A stretch of DNA of 63,999 nucleotides, counting the filler, from Jimgerdemannia flammicorona (lineage: Eukaryota), in NCBI GenBank assembly GCA_003990765.1. It is 3 parts of 3 records of this genome, joined end to end, with 100 filler letters (N's around TTAATTAATTAA, not from the genome) between each part and the next. Parts side by side here need not be neighbours in the genome. Positions count along the whole stretch, not along the records: positions 21,456 to 42,807 come from RBNJ01001471.1; 2 more parts are not named here. One strand, given 5' to 3'. Shown in pieces: positions 25,974 to 37,115 of this stretch (its first letter is position 1; each line of letters begins with the position of its first letter). The translations under genes were made by a program, and so were the position numbers. The notes beneath the pieces were generated by a model. The model searched no databases, had not been told where the DNA came from, and saw only the letters and a program-made list of their open reading frames with translations.

Positions 25974-25990
25974 TGGGGGCTCAATTGAGA
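25974..25990 (+). other. Primer-binding site, tRNA-Pro-like (TGGGGGCTC...)
   Basis: Follows the LTR end after 2 nt; TGGGGGCTC is the typical tRNA-Pro PBS start. Confidence 0.7.
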
Positions 25991-28900
25991 AGATTTCAAA
26001 ATCAATATAACTTTTCAGCTTACAAGAACCTACAGTTAAACTGGATACATTTGATATAACACTAATCTGTGTTACTATAAAAGAATCAGTCATCACCAGT
26101 ATTTGGACAGAAAGAGAAGTAATTACTTCAAGACTTACCAACTATCTAGTATCAAAGAGATCTCAACCAGAAGTCAGTATAGTATAGAATCTCCAGCCAG
26201 TACTAACAGACTTATTACAGGACCAACCAGATCAACTAGATTATACAGACAGCCCTGTCAGAGTTTTTGACAAACTAGTTCAATAACTTGAAGACCTCAT
26301 TGAATAAGCCTGATTTCTCATAGGAGATCTACTAATTTTACCTATTGATCTTCTACCACCAGCTGCTACAGAACAGAAGGACTAAAAAATAGCTCTATTA
26401 AGAATATCCAGACCTATTTCATCTCACCCAAGATCTCCAACACTATTCTCAGGATATCCAAGTATTCCAAACTCCAGCAATAACTCAGAAAGTAAATCAG
26501 AATTAGAACTAGAATTAGAATCAGAATTGGAATTAAGATTAGCATCAGGATCAGAACCAGAACTAGAATTAGAAGACAGTGAAGATGAATGGTCACCCTA
26601 TTGCTAACCTTTGCAGGATACTCTGAAGAAGACCCAAGAGAATTCCTTGATAGAATAGAAGGAATTACAGCTCTAAAAAACCTTACTTCTGAAAGAAAAA
26701 TCACTATCAACAAGGCCCAACTTAGAGAACTAGCCAAAGGAATTTTTACCTAACAAAGAATGATCTAAACTCAGACTTTGGAGCAGTCATCAATACAGCA
26801 ACAACTTGACTAGCAGAGTATCAAGCCATGACTCACTGATTTATTGAAAAGTATGCAGAAAATGAGACTCACTACAAGGTTCAAGAATCTATCATAGAAA
26901 TGAAGATGAATCTTGAAATTACTTAGAAGAGAATGCATGTAACTGAGTTTAATACCACCAACTAAGACATCATAGATCTAATGATCTTCATAAATAGAAT
27001 TCTACTAAATATTACCCAGAATGTCTATATCTTAAGCATCAGAAGGTCCAAGGAATAAGTAGATACAGCCTAAGGATTTTTTGATATCAGATAAGGAACT
27101 ACCTGAAGTGACCATAATAAGAAGGATGACAAAGAAGATATTCTGATCAAAGCTCTACAAGAACTCCTCTAAGAACAGGAAAGATCTGAAAAAAGAAGGC
27201 CAGCCAAAGAAGGAAAGAAGAACAAAAGTAAAATTTAAGACCTCAGTTTCAAGTTGAACCAACTGATTAGATAGATTGAAAAACTCACTATATATGAAAA
27301 TTAGAGTTATCAATAAGACAATAGAGGATATCCACTACAGAGAAACCAAGGTTATCTACTCAGAGATAACAAGAGCTACCAATAAGAAGAAAGAAGATAC
27401 TCTGTCTGGGATAGAGCCCAAGTCTAATACTTTCACTCTAGATAATTTGGACACTATGCTACTGAATATAATAATAAAAGAAGTGACCAAAGGGATTCAG
27501 AACCACCAAACCAAAGGAATGATATCTAGTATAAGAAGACTGAGACCCACTCTGTCAAAGATTTCAAAGAAGAAAACAATAGTAAAGACTACAGTGATCT
27601 GGACTTGTATTTAGCCAAAGTTATCATCTGAAAGACAGTTTACTTAATAGAAAAGAGAAAGAGACCTATAGGAAGGCCATTCAGGAATACCAGTAGAAGA
27701 ATTTAAGAGGAAGATGAAGAACATAAAGAGGAGCAAGTAGAAACACCTCCCCAGTCTCTCTTACCTTTTGTTCCTAAAACAAATAAGCTACTTCTAGAGA
27801 ATAAAGAAATGGAGCAAAAAGAACAGGAACCTGCTGCCCTAAAATCTAAGAAAAAGTATACCCTGAAGACTATACTCAGAGATATCTATAATGAAGTCTG
27901 GCAAAAGATTCAAAAAGCCAAGATAGAAGTTTCTCTTCTGCAGTTTCTGCAACTGATACTAACTGGAGTCTGAAACAAATTACTAAGGATCACCAGGTCT
28001 AGTACTGGCCGAGTTCCAATTTCACAACAAGAACTAGCTCCCACTTCTATCCAAGCTATAGAGAGATATGTCAACACCTATCTATATAGAGATATTGGAG
28101 GATAAAAGATGAAAATCCTCATAGACATAGGAGCAACTATCTGTATTATTGCTAAATGATTCCTGGATATCCTCTAATGGCTCATTGATAGACTATCCTA
28201 CCTCAGCATCATAGTAGTAGATGGAGCCTGAACTCAACCTCTTGGAGAAGTACAAAACATCACTATCTCTCTTAGATATATCTAATTCTCTATCCCAAAA
28301 GCTATTATTACTAAAGTTGTCACCTATAATATAATTCTTAGCACTAACTGAATAAAGGAAATAAATACAGTTATTGATATTGATCAACAAGTACTCAAGT
28401 TTGACCACTGAGACAAGAAGTATAGAGTTAAGGTGACTAGCGATAAGTAATCAAAGAAGAAGAAAAATATCACTATTCAGAAGGAATATACCAGTAGTAA
28501 AGAATCTACTACAGAAGAGGAGGAAGAATTTGAAGATGAAAATGATCCCAGACTTAATCCCCAGATCAACCTAGTGGATGACAGGTCAGAAGACTATATG
28601 TGGACCAGAAACACTATCTCTATCACAATCAGAGCTATTGTAAGAGAGATCAAAGGATGCCCCACCTATCTCAAAAGATATAAGTGTCCTAAGCACTCCT
28701 CTAAGATAATTAGGACAAGGAAATTACCTGACACAGCTTGCTCTGAATGTAGAAAAAGGAAAAAGAAATGTAGATATGTTCCAGAGATATCTGCAGCTGA
28801 AGCTGCAGAAGTACAAGTAATCTGGAATCAAGAATTATTTGAGGAAGAAGAAACTTCTAAACAGGAGGTTCCTGAATAAGAAGTATCTGAAGAAGAAGAG

Positions 28901-29729
28901 ATTCCTGAACTCATTTCCTGAGATGATCCTTGCTAGACACCACCTGAAGATAATGATCTCTAGAATATTAAAGAAGGACCTAGTATAATCTCTATTATTC
29001 TTAAGTAAGAAATATACCAAGAAAGAGCCTTCCAGCTAGGAAGATATTCACATCAAATGGTCTTCCACTCTTCCTGAGACTACTGCTATCAGTGCCATCT
29101 ACTAGATCAATAAAAAAGATAGAGACCCTAAAGACTAGAACTTCCAACTACAGTTGTACAGTCAACTATCTTCTAAGAAGCCACTATAAGGTTGCAAAGT
29201 CAATTTAGAGGATAAGGCCTCTTCACTCAAATAGAAGTATATCTCTTGGCCACTCTTTCTCCAACTTATAACTAAGATAGATACTGATTCCTAAGATAAT
29301 AAGAGATTAATAACTGGGAACAGTATTTTCAAACAATGGGATATTGCAACTATGGAAGATACCCAGACTGCTAAAACTGCAGATATCAGAAGATTCACCT
29401 TGGTCAGGATGTTGTAATTCACATATTAAAGAGAGGAGATAACAGAAATTAGATCTGAAAAAGTCAAGCTAAGAAAAACCCTAAAGATCTATAATTTGGA
29501 AGAAGATATCCTAGCTCTCATCAGATATACAACTTACTAAGAATGGATAGAAGATATCACTAACTTCATGGAAGCCCTAGACTCTACAGGAAAAAGAAGA
29601 ATCAATTATTTCTAAAATCCCTCTACTAGAGCCAGATGGCTGCACCTCAATCTCAGAGTCTGGAGACTCTCTGCTAGTAGAGCTTTAGCCCAAGGATAGT
29701 CCAAACTCAGTAAAGATATTGCCCAGTAT

Positions 29730-30125
29730 GCTCTGCTACATCCCAAGATCAAACCCCTGACCAAAGCTCACCAAGAAGATATAGAGTATGATCTCTATAG
29801 TCTGAAGAATGAACTTATCAAATCTGGAAAAATACTGATGTTCAGAACTGGACTAGTTATGCAGCCATCTTAAGGAATTTACATCCAACTGACTTCAAGG
29901 TCTGGACTTGCCAGATAAGGAATAACTGTAGAAGGAGAAACTATAGACCTAAGATATATAGGCAAAATCAAGATCATCCTATATAACAGTAGCACAGAAT
30001 AGTACTGAATCATTAGAGGACAGAAGATTGCCCAAGCAGTCTTTATGAAAGTCAAAATCCCATAATTATAAGTCTCCAAACTGACTGAAGGAACAAGACA
30101 AGCCAAAGGATTTGGAAGCTCAGAT
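29730..30125 (+). pseudogene. dUTPase domain within Gypsy 1 pol
   Basis: EYDLYS (motif 1), SRSGLA (motif 2), EGETIDLRYIG (motif 3), KIAQ (motif 4), and frameshifted RQAKGFGSS (motif 5). Confidence 0.85.
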
Positions 30126-33001
30126 AAGAAGGAAGTACATCTCCTTCAGATCAACTATCTGAAGAAGAATGTCTCTCAGTAAGTATATTACCAACTAGTC
30201 AAACTGTATAAGAATCTCATCTTGGAGTCTAGAGAGCAAACTACCTTTGAAATCTTTGCACCACCTGACCCCAAAAATCTCTTCTTTAAACCTAATAAAG
30301 ATATCCTAAATCTGGATATAGAAAAATATATATTCTCTAATAAGATAAATTCAGTATACTCCCAAGCAACCAACTAGAGCTGGGAAAGTATTATGTTGTC
30401 AAAAGGAACTATCATAGAATATTTAGTTCTCTTCCTCAACTTAACCTATAGAGAAGTCTATAAGCTAAACCTATCAGAAAATGATAAAAGGTCTTAGAAG
30501 AAAGGAAAGATCTCTCTGCAATCTAAGAGACAGTAAAGTCTTCCACTAATATTGGAGAAGAATTAATACCTCAGCAATAGTAACAATTAGTAAAACTCCT
30601 CAATAAATATCAAGATATCTTCACTACTGATTATGGCAACCTGCCATACAACTCATTATACTACTACAGTATAAATATAAGAAATGTAACACTTATCTGG
30701 TAGAAACTCTATAGAATACCCCATTACCTAAAGACATTCAAAAAAGAATATATTCAAGAACTCTTAGACAATGGAGTCATCTGACCCTCAACCAGCTCTT
30801 GGACCAGCCCTATACTTATTATACCAAAGAAAGGAGGATAGAGACTCTGTATAGACTACAGAAAACTCAATTTAGTTACTATAAAGGATGCCTATTCTTT
30901 GCCCAGAATTGATGACCTTTTGGACCAGTTATACATAAGATATCAGATACTTCAGCAGTATAGACCTTTTTGCAAGATTTTATGAGATTTCTATAGACTC
31001 TAAAGATATTTAAAAAACAGTCTTTCTTGCTTTAGGAAAACTATTTAAGTATCTCTGAATGTTCTTTAGACTTTGTAATGTACCTCTCACCTTCTAGAGA
31101 ATAATAAACTCAGTCTATGACCTACTGATCTATTACTGCTTAATTATATATATAGATCCAAACATCTATTTAGCAAATTTCGAGGAATATCTATACTACC
31201 TAGAAGAATTCTTCAAGATCACCTGTAAGAATCACCTGAAACTCAATATTAAGAAATGTTACTTTGGGAAACAGAAACTTGAATTTCTTAAATTTATAGT
31301 TTCAAAAGAAAGAATCCATACAGATCCAAAAAAAAACCAAAAAGATCAACAATTGGCCAGTACTTAAGACTTTAAAGAAAACACTATTAATCCTGATGCT
31401 AGTATTCTATTATAGAAGATTTATCAAGAACTTTACTCAAATTGCTGCTCTAATCCAAATTCTTCTCAAAAAAGAAGTATCTTACAAATAGATAGAATTA
31501 CAAGAGAAAGCCTTCAAAGAACTTAAGCACTACATGACTATAGTACCAATCCTTATTTGGCCCAATCTATAGAAGCCATTCATCTTATATACAGATACCT
31601 CTAAAGATAGTCTGAGAGTAATTTTAGCCCAAGAAGGATCTGACATATGATAGCTTATACAAGCTGAGCTATCAATCAGCAGCAGATAAACTATGGTAGC
31701 ACCAAATTGGAATACCTTACAGTCAAATAGGCAGTCACTCTGTTTAAGTATTACCTCATCAAAAAAAAGATCACTCTAATAACTGATCATGCAGTTCTCA
31801 AATATATTCAACTGTAAGAAACTTACTAGAATCCTAGCCCACTGGATCCTTATCCTCCAGAATTACAAAATTACCATTATCTACAAAGCAGGGAAATCTC
31901 ACAAAAATATTGATATACTTTCTCACTAATCCCAATAAATCAGAAAAAGGGTGTACTAAGGAACTATACTCTAAAGGAAGCTTCTCAGACCTTCAAAGCA
32001 CAAGAAGATCTCATCTAAAAAGAATACCAGAAAGTCCATTAAGGATAGGTGAATATAGAAGAAAAGCTGCAAACAATACACCAATATTAGTCCAATCTCA
32101 GAATACAAGTCTGGGATATATGTACTTAAGAAATGTAATACTTATCAGAAGTACCAAAGAAGGAAGAACCATCAAGTATTACTACAACTAATCCTACTAC
32201 TAGACAATATCTTTCAGAGATAGAGAGTAGATGTAATCAGACCTCTACTAGTTATACTAAGAAGAAATAAGTATATCCTTATATTTGTAGAATACTTAAC
32301 CAAGTGGCCTGAAGCTTTCTCAATAGAAATCACAAATATCTTGACCATTGTAGGCCTTCTCTATGAACTTATACTTAGATATAGACTCTTAGAAGAACTC
32401 ATCTCTGACTGAGATATAGAATTCATCAATAACATAATCACAAGTTATATCTGAATTCATAAGATCTATCTCAAATAGACTACATTTTACTACCCTCAGA
32501 CCAATGGTATGACAGAATGAATAAACCAGACCATTAAGAAGAGACTTATCTAAGTCAATTCTATCAACTAGGACCTCTACTTATCTGAGATCCTATGGGA
32601 AATTTGGAACACCCCTGCTGTCTCAATTAAACAAAAGCTCTTTGAGATAAAGTTTGCTAAGAAAACCAGAACTACTGACTATGAGAACCTTGGAGACCTC
32701 CTCAAGAAGGCAAGACAGTTATATAATTAAGTATGAGTTCAGATTATCAAGACCCAAGAGAGATAAAAGAAGTACTATAACCAGAAGCAGAAGGATCAGA
32801 AGATTAAGATTGAAGATCAAGTACTAGTTTAGAGAAGTATAATTAAAACAAACTTTGTCACCAAACTGAAGCCTAAATGAAAAAGATCTTATCTTGTATA
32901 CAATATTAGAGAAACTAGTATTTATTTAAGAAATATAGATAGATTAATTCTGAGGACACCAGTACACATCAATTGTCTTAAGATATATCTCTCTCCTTAC
33001 T

Positions 33002-33510
33002 ATAAATCAGACAATTTACCAGTATCTCCAGACTCTTGTTCTGAGTTCATTTCAATCACTTCCAGTTCCCCTCCCACAATTCTGTCAAGTTAATAAAAAC
33101 TCCCTTCAATGAATCTAGACTCACTAAGAGAACCTCACCCTAGCCAGATGTTTACTGCAAGTCTATCAATTATAGGTCTACTATATAATTAGAGAACAGT
33201 TGTAGAACCTCTCAGCTACAGACCTAATCTACATCAGAAACTCCACTGGCCTGATCTAGAAAAACACCACTGTTGCAGACAGATTGTATAAAATCTACAA
33301 ATGAAATATCCCAGTACTGATATAGATACAATTCTTCCTAAATGATATATAAAACATGAGTTCCACTACCTACTAGAGTATCATCAACTATGTTGAAATT
33401 CTATTCCTAGAAGAAGAAGAACTCCTTGAATAGAGTAACTCTGATCTAAATAAAGATACTGATTCAGGTATTGATGCTGAGGATGCTTATATACATTGGA
33501 ATGATTACTA
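33002..33510 (+). pseudogene. Extra post-integrase ORF of Gypsy 1 (unknown helical protein)
   Basis: Translation YYIIREQL..TTVADRLYKIYK..IQFFLNDI aligns with the post-IN ORF of Gypsy 3 and 4. The start codon is inferred (ATA at 33002). Confidence 0.55.
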
Positions 33511-33551
33511 AAGAGTAGTCTAAGGATAGACTATTCTTTAGTGGAGACTGA

Positions 33552-34430
33552 TATAACAAGTAGCAGAATTGTCCCACTAAAATTATAAATTAGCCAGAGA
33601 TACCAGAAATAGTATGTTTACCTATACCAAGTGGGTACACTGGACTAAGTAGATATATTATACTGAGTGGATATACTATACTGTCCAGATACATCTGCTA
33701 TAGATAGCAATCTATAATTAGCAACATAGTAACCAGATAGCAACCACAACTATATAAAATACCCCAGAGATAAGAGTGAATAAACCTCAGTCTAAAATTC
33801 AAAGCAAAAGACAAGTCTGCCTACCATACTTTGAGAGAAACTCTATAGCTACTACTAAGAGATTGTAAGCTTACTTTCTACTCTAGTCCACATTTCAATA
33901 TAAAGAATGAGTCTGTTTTTGATTTACTTACCAGATAAGTCTAAAGAATTGCCACCAAAGTTCAAGTGAAGAACTTTACCATCTTTTGAAGTAAAATCTG
34001 CTATTTTCAGAGAGTCTACTATTCTTGCTACAAGCTGGTCTTCTGATGCAACTTTATAGTAGAGTCAGTCTATGATGTAACCTTATACAAATAAAGCTAG
34101 TCTTTGATATAACTTACTTAGAATCTATGACATCTGAGTTATCCATATCACTCAAGTTATCTGAGTTATTGAATTATTCACAACATCTAAGTTATCTATA
34201 TCATCTGAGTTATTCAAGTTATCTGAGTTGTTTGAATTATCTACGTTATCTAAGTTATTTAATATTCTTAGAGAAATCTACTAATTTAGGAGAATCTACA
34301 CCTAAATTAAGTTATCTATCAAAGCTACTGCTTATTAAGAAAACTGCCAAATTGCCAGACCTCTTCATATAAGAAATTCTACTATACTATACAGAGATTA
34401 TCACACTACACAAGATCGTCATACAGAAAT
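33552..34430 (+). repeat. 3' LTR of Gypsy 1, missing its last ~240 bp
   Basis: Aligns with 24781-25735; preceded by a decayed PPT (~33535-33551). Confidence 0.85.
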
Positions 34431-34763
34431 CCACTGTAATGGTGACCCCAGAATGATGACATCAGTATAGAAGACAGTCTTTTCTTACAAGCCACCAGAT
34501 TAGAGCACAAGAAGATCATATGGCATATGAGATGAGCAATGATGACCAACTGTGAGTCATTGTGACCACAGTATAGGTATCTTGAGGAATATAAAAGAAG
34601 GATCAAGAAGCCACAGTAGTAGTAATCAACAAGACCCACCAATCCCAAAATAGCTCAAAGACTCACTATAAACAAAATACCTGCTGCTTGCCAAACCTCA
34701 AGATCAAGAAACTACCAAGGCACCTCAGTCGAAGAAAGGATGTTCTAAGATATTAGAAGAGCC

Positions 34764-35210
34764 ATGAGGGCTCACTCAAGAAGGACTCTTAGTGTCAATC
34801 TGGGTACTGCAGATTCTTATCACTTTATCCTCTACTGCCATGAAATGGAAACAAGGATCACCATTACTACTGAATGCCTCCAAATGTGGCAGGAGTACAA
34901 AATAGAAAACCTCCTCTGCCAGGAGTTCCCACAGGCCAGCACTCAAGAGCTATAAGATGCCACTCACATAGATATATATGAAATAAGGACAGCTAAGAAG
35001 ATCCATCAGATCTTCAGGCATGCACCATAGTTGATCTCTAACTTGGAGTATGTTAGAGTCTCAGACTTCAGAGACCTGTCATCCTGCTGTATCAATGCAC
35101 TAGAAACCAGAGTGGCTACAGAAGCCCAGTCCACATCACTCTCAATAGTAATGAAGTAGAAGACTTCTAGCATCCCATCCTTCAGGACAACCCAGACCAA
35201 TTCCTGTAAG
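34764..35210 (+). pseudogene. Third, divergent member of the Gypsy extra-ORF family, in a TE fragment
   Basis: Reading through stops from ORF 34764 gives QEYKIENLL..IRTAKKIHQIFR..LISNLEYVRVSDFRDLS. Confidence 0.5.
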
Positions 35211-35560
35211 GATTGATCTCAGTATTCCAAGGCCCAAGTATCCAGATTAGATCTCCCCAAGACCCCACATTTGTTCCCTATTTTGTGAAAGAGAACCTCA
35301 TAGACTGGAGAGCTCCAGATCTCCTTATTTCTGCCACCACTACTGAATATGGTGACATCATCAGCAATGACATCATCCTACACAACATGCATGAAGTATG
35401 TGAAACACGTGATAATGATGATCAGACAGATGAGATATTCATGGACCTCATCTCTTTCGAAGACATTCTGATCTCTGATGAGGATGAAGCCTCTATAGTC
35501 TTGAACATTCTGCTCTAAGTCTTTTGGTTACACTGAGTTATACCAGTACTGGCATTCTAA

Positions 35561-37035
35561 TGTAACACTGAATTATACCAGTATCCTGAATCTGTATAAC
35601 CATCAGTACCAACCCTGGAACTTAGCAGTTTTTCCTGTCCTGGAATTTTATTTTAGTTATTGGAATTTATATTTAGCTTTATATCTTAGCAACCATTGAA
35701 TTATATTTTGTATAAATATCTCTCTTATTTCCTCTGAAATAAAGTTAGTTCCTCTCAGTACAATATATACACTTCCTTGCAAGTAATCTAAAAGATAACA
35801 AGACAGTTTAAAGATAAGAAATTTGAGGACTATAAGATCTTGGGAAGGCACTCCAATAAGAACTTGCTTATAACAAACTTGAGTTAGTCTAAGAGATATA
35901 CCTTGGAGAGAATCTGGTATATTTGAAGGACTCAGTGACTACTACATGACAACTTAGTGCCCATTGGCTGGTGATTCAAGATGAATCCCTCACTTTTAAG
36001 CTGAAAAATAAATAACCCCACAACAACTATCCTGATTACAAGAGTTACCCCTACAAGAATTCAAGACAAGATGGAAATGCATCCCCCCACATTCTATGGA
36101 TATATCACTGAAGAGTCAATTCTGACCTTCATTGAAGACTTTGAACAATTCATCACTGTACAAACCCTTAGTGTGGATGTACAATTAGCCCTTCTACCAG
36201 TCAGCCTCAGAGGACCTACCAGAGATAAGTTCAATATAGCTACTATTGCTGATAATAGTGTAGCCAAACTTGCCAACATGAAGGCCTTCCTCAGAACAAC
36301 ATACTATACTGAAGAGATCAAGCAAGCTTTTAAAAATCAACACAATACTATCTGCCAGGGACTTAGTGAAGATCCCAACTCATTCTATACCTGAATCTGC
36401 TACTAGATTATCCTGGATGGCTATGATGAAGCCCTCAAGGAATAAATAACAGATTCAACTTTTCAAAGGAGTTCACTCTGAAATTGTCCTAGCAATCTGG
36501 TCTACCCCAGCTGCACTGACTCTTGATCAGAAAGTGGTCTTTGTATAGAGATATTGGACTACCAGACACCCTGCCAAACACTCAATGGAGAAAATAACTA
36601 GCATCAAGATGGAGCCATCAAAACCAACTAGTATTATACCTGCCATAGTTGTAAACAGATAATCATCCCCACCTACCCCCAAGACAGCCAAAGCTGACCC
36701 AGTGGAGGAACTTGCCAAGCAGTTTGCCAAGATGACTGCACACCTTGGTAATATTGTTAGAGAAGTCTGAAGTGCCAACAGGAGATCAGTGCAGAGATTT
36801 GCAGCTGCTATAGAAGAATACAATATCACATGCTTCAGATGTGGAGAAGAAGGCCACTATGCAAAGAATTACATGACCAAAACAAGACACAAAGCTCAAC
36901 CAAGCAATGCTAGCAGAACTAGAGAACAAACCAATGCAGTAGTCATCGAGGAGATTGGTGATACTGATGATAAAGAATACTACAAGGAGCTTGAATTCTA
37001 CCCTACTACTGAAGGTACCAGAACCCGGTCCAAGC
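35561..37035 (+). mobile_element. Gypsy 2: 5' LTR (35561-35951), PBS/leader and gag, interrupted by a LINE
   Basis: TGTAAC...TGACA; PBS/leader nearly identical to Gypsy 3 and 4; gag MEMHPPTFYGY..FIEDFEQF homologous to MDMRPPVFHGY..FIDDFKQY; knuckle CFRCGEEGHYAKNY. Confidence 0.82.
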
Positions 37036-37115
37036 ATCTTTCTCCACTACAATTCACGTTACACACACTTTACAACACACTTTCAAGGCGTTTATTGAAG
37101 AAAGTTATTAAGGAA

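Larger units (their letters stand above)
24781..34430 (+). mobile_element. Ty3/Gypsy LTR retrotransposon 1 (gag-PR-insert-dUTPase-RT-RH-IN plus extra 3' ORF), degenerate
   Basis: 5' LTR 24781-25971; PBS; gag (FAGYSEEDPREFL); decayed knuckle ~27428-27470; protease LIDIGAT ~28120; dUTPase ~29730-30125; RT (LCIDYRKLN ~30845); RNase H (LYTDTS ~31585); IN (YPQTNG ~32490); 3' LTR from 33552, truncated near 34430. Confidence 0.9.

Noticed and set aside
35474..35495. CTGATGAG...GAAG hammerhead-like core
   Set aside because: No GAAA or stems; it lies in an acidic coding-like frame (SDEDEA).
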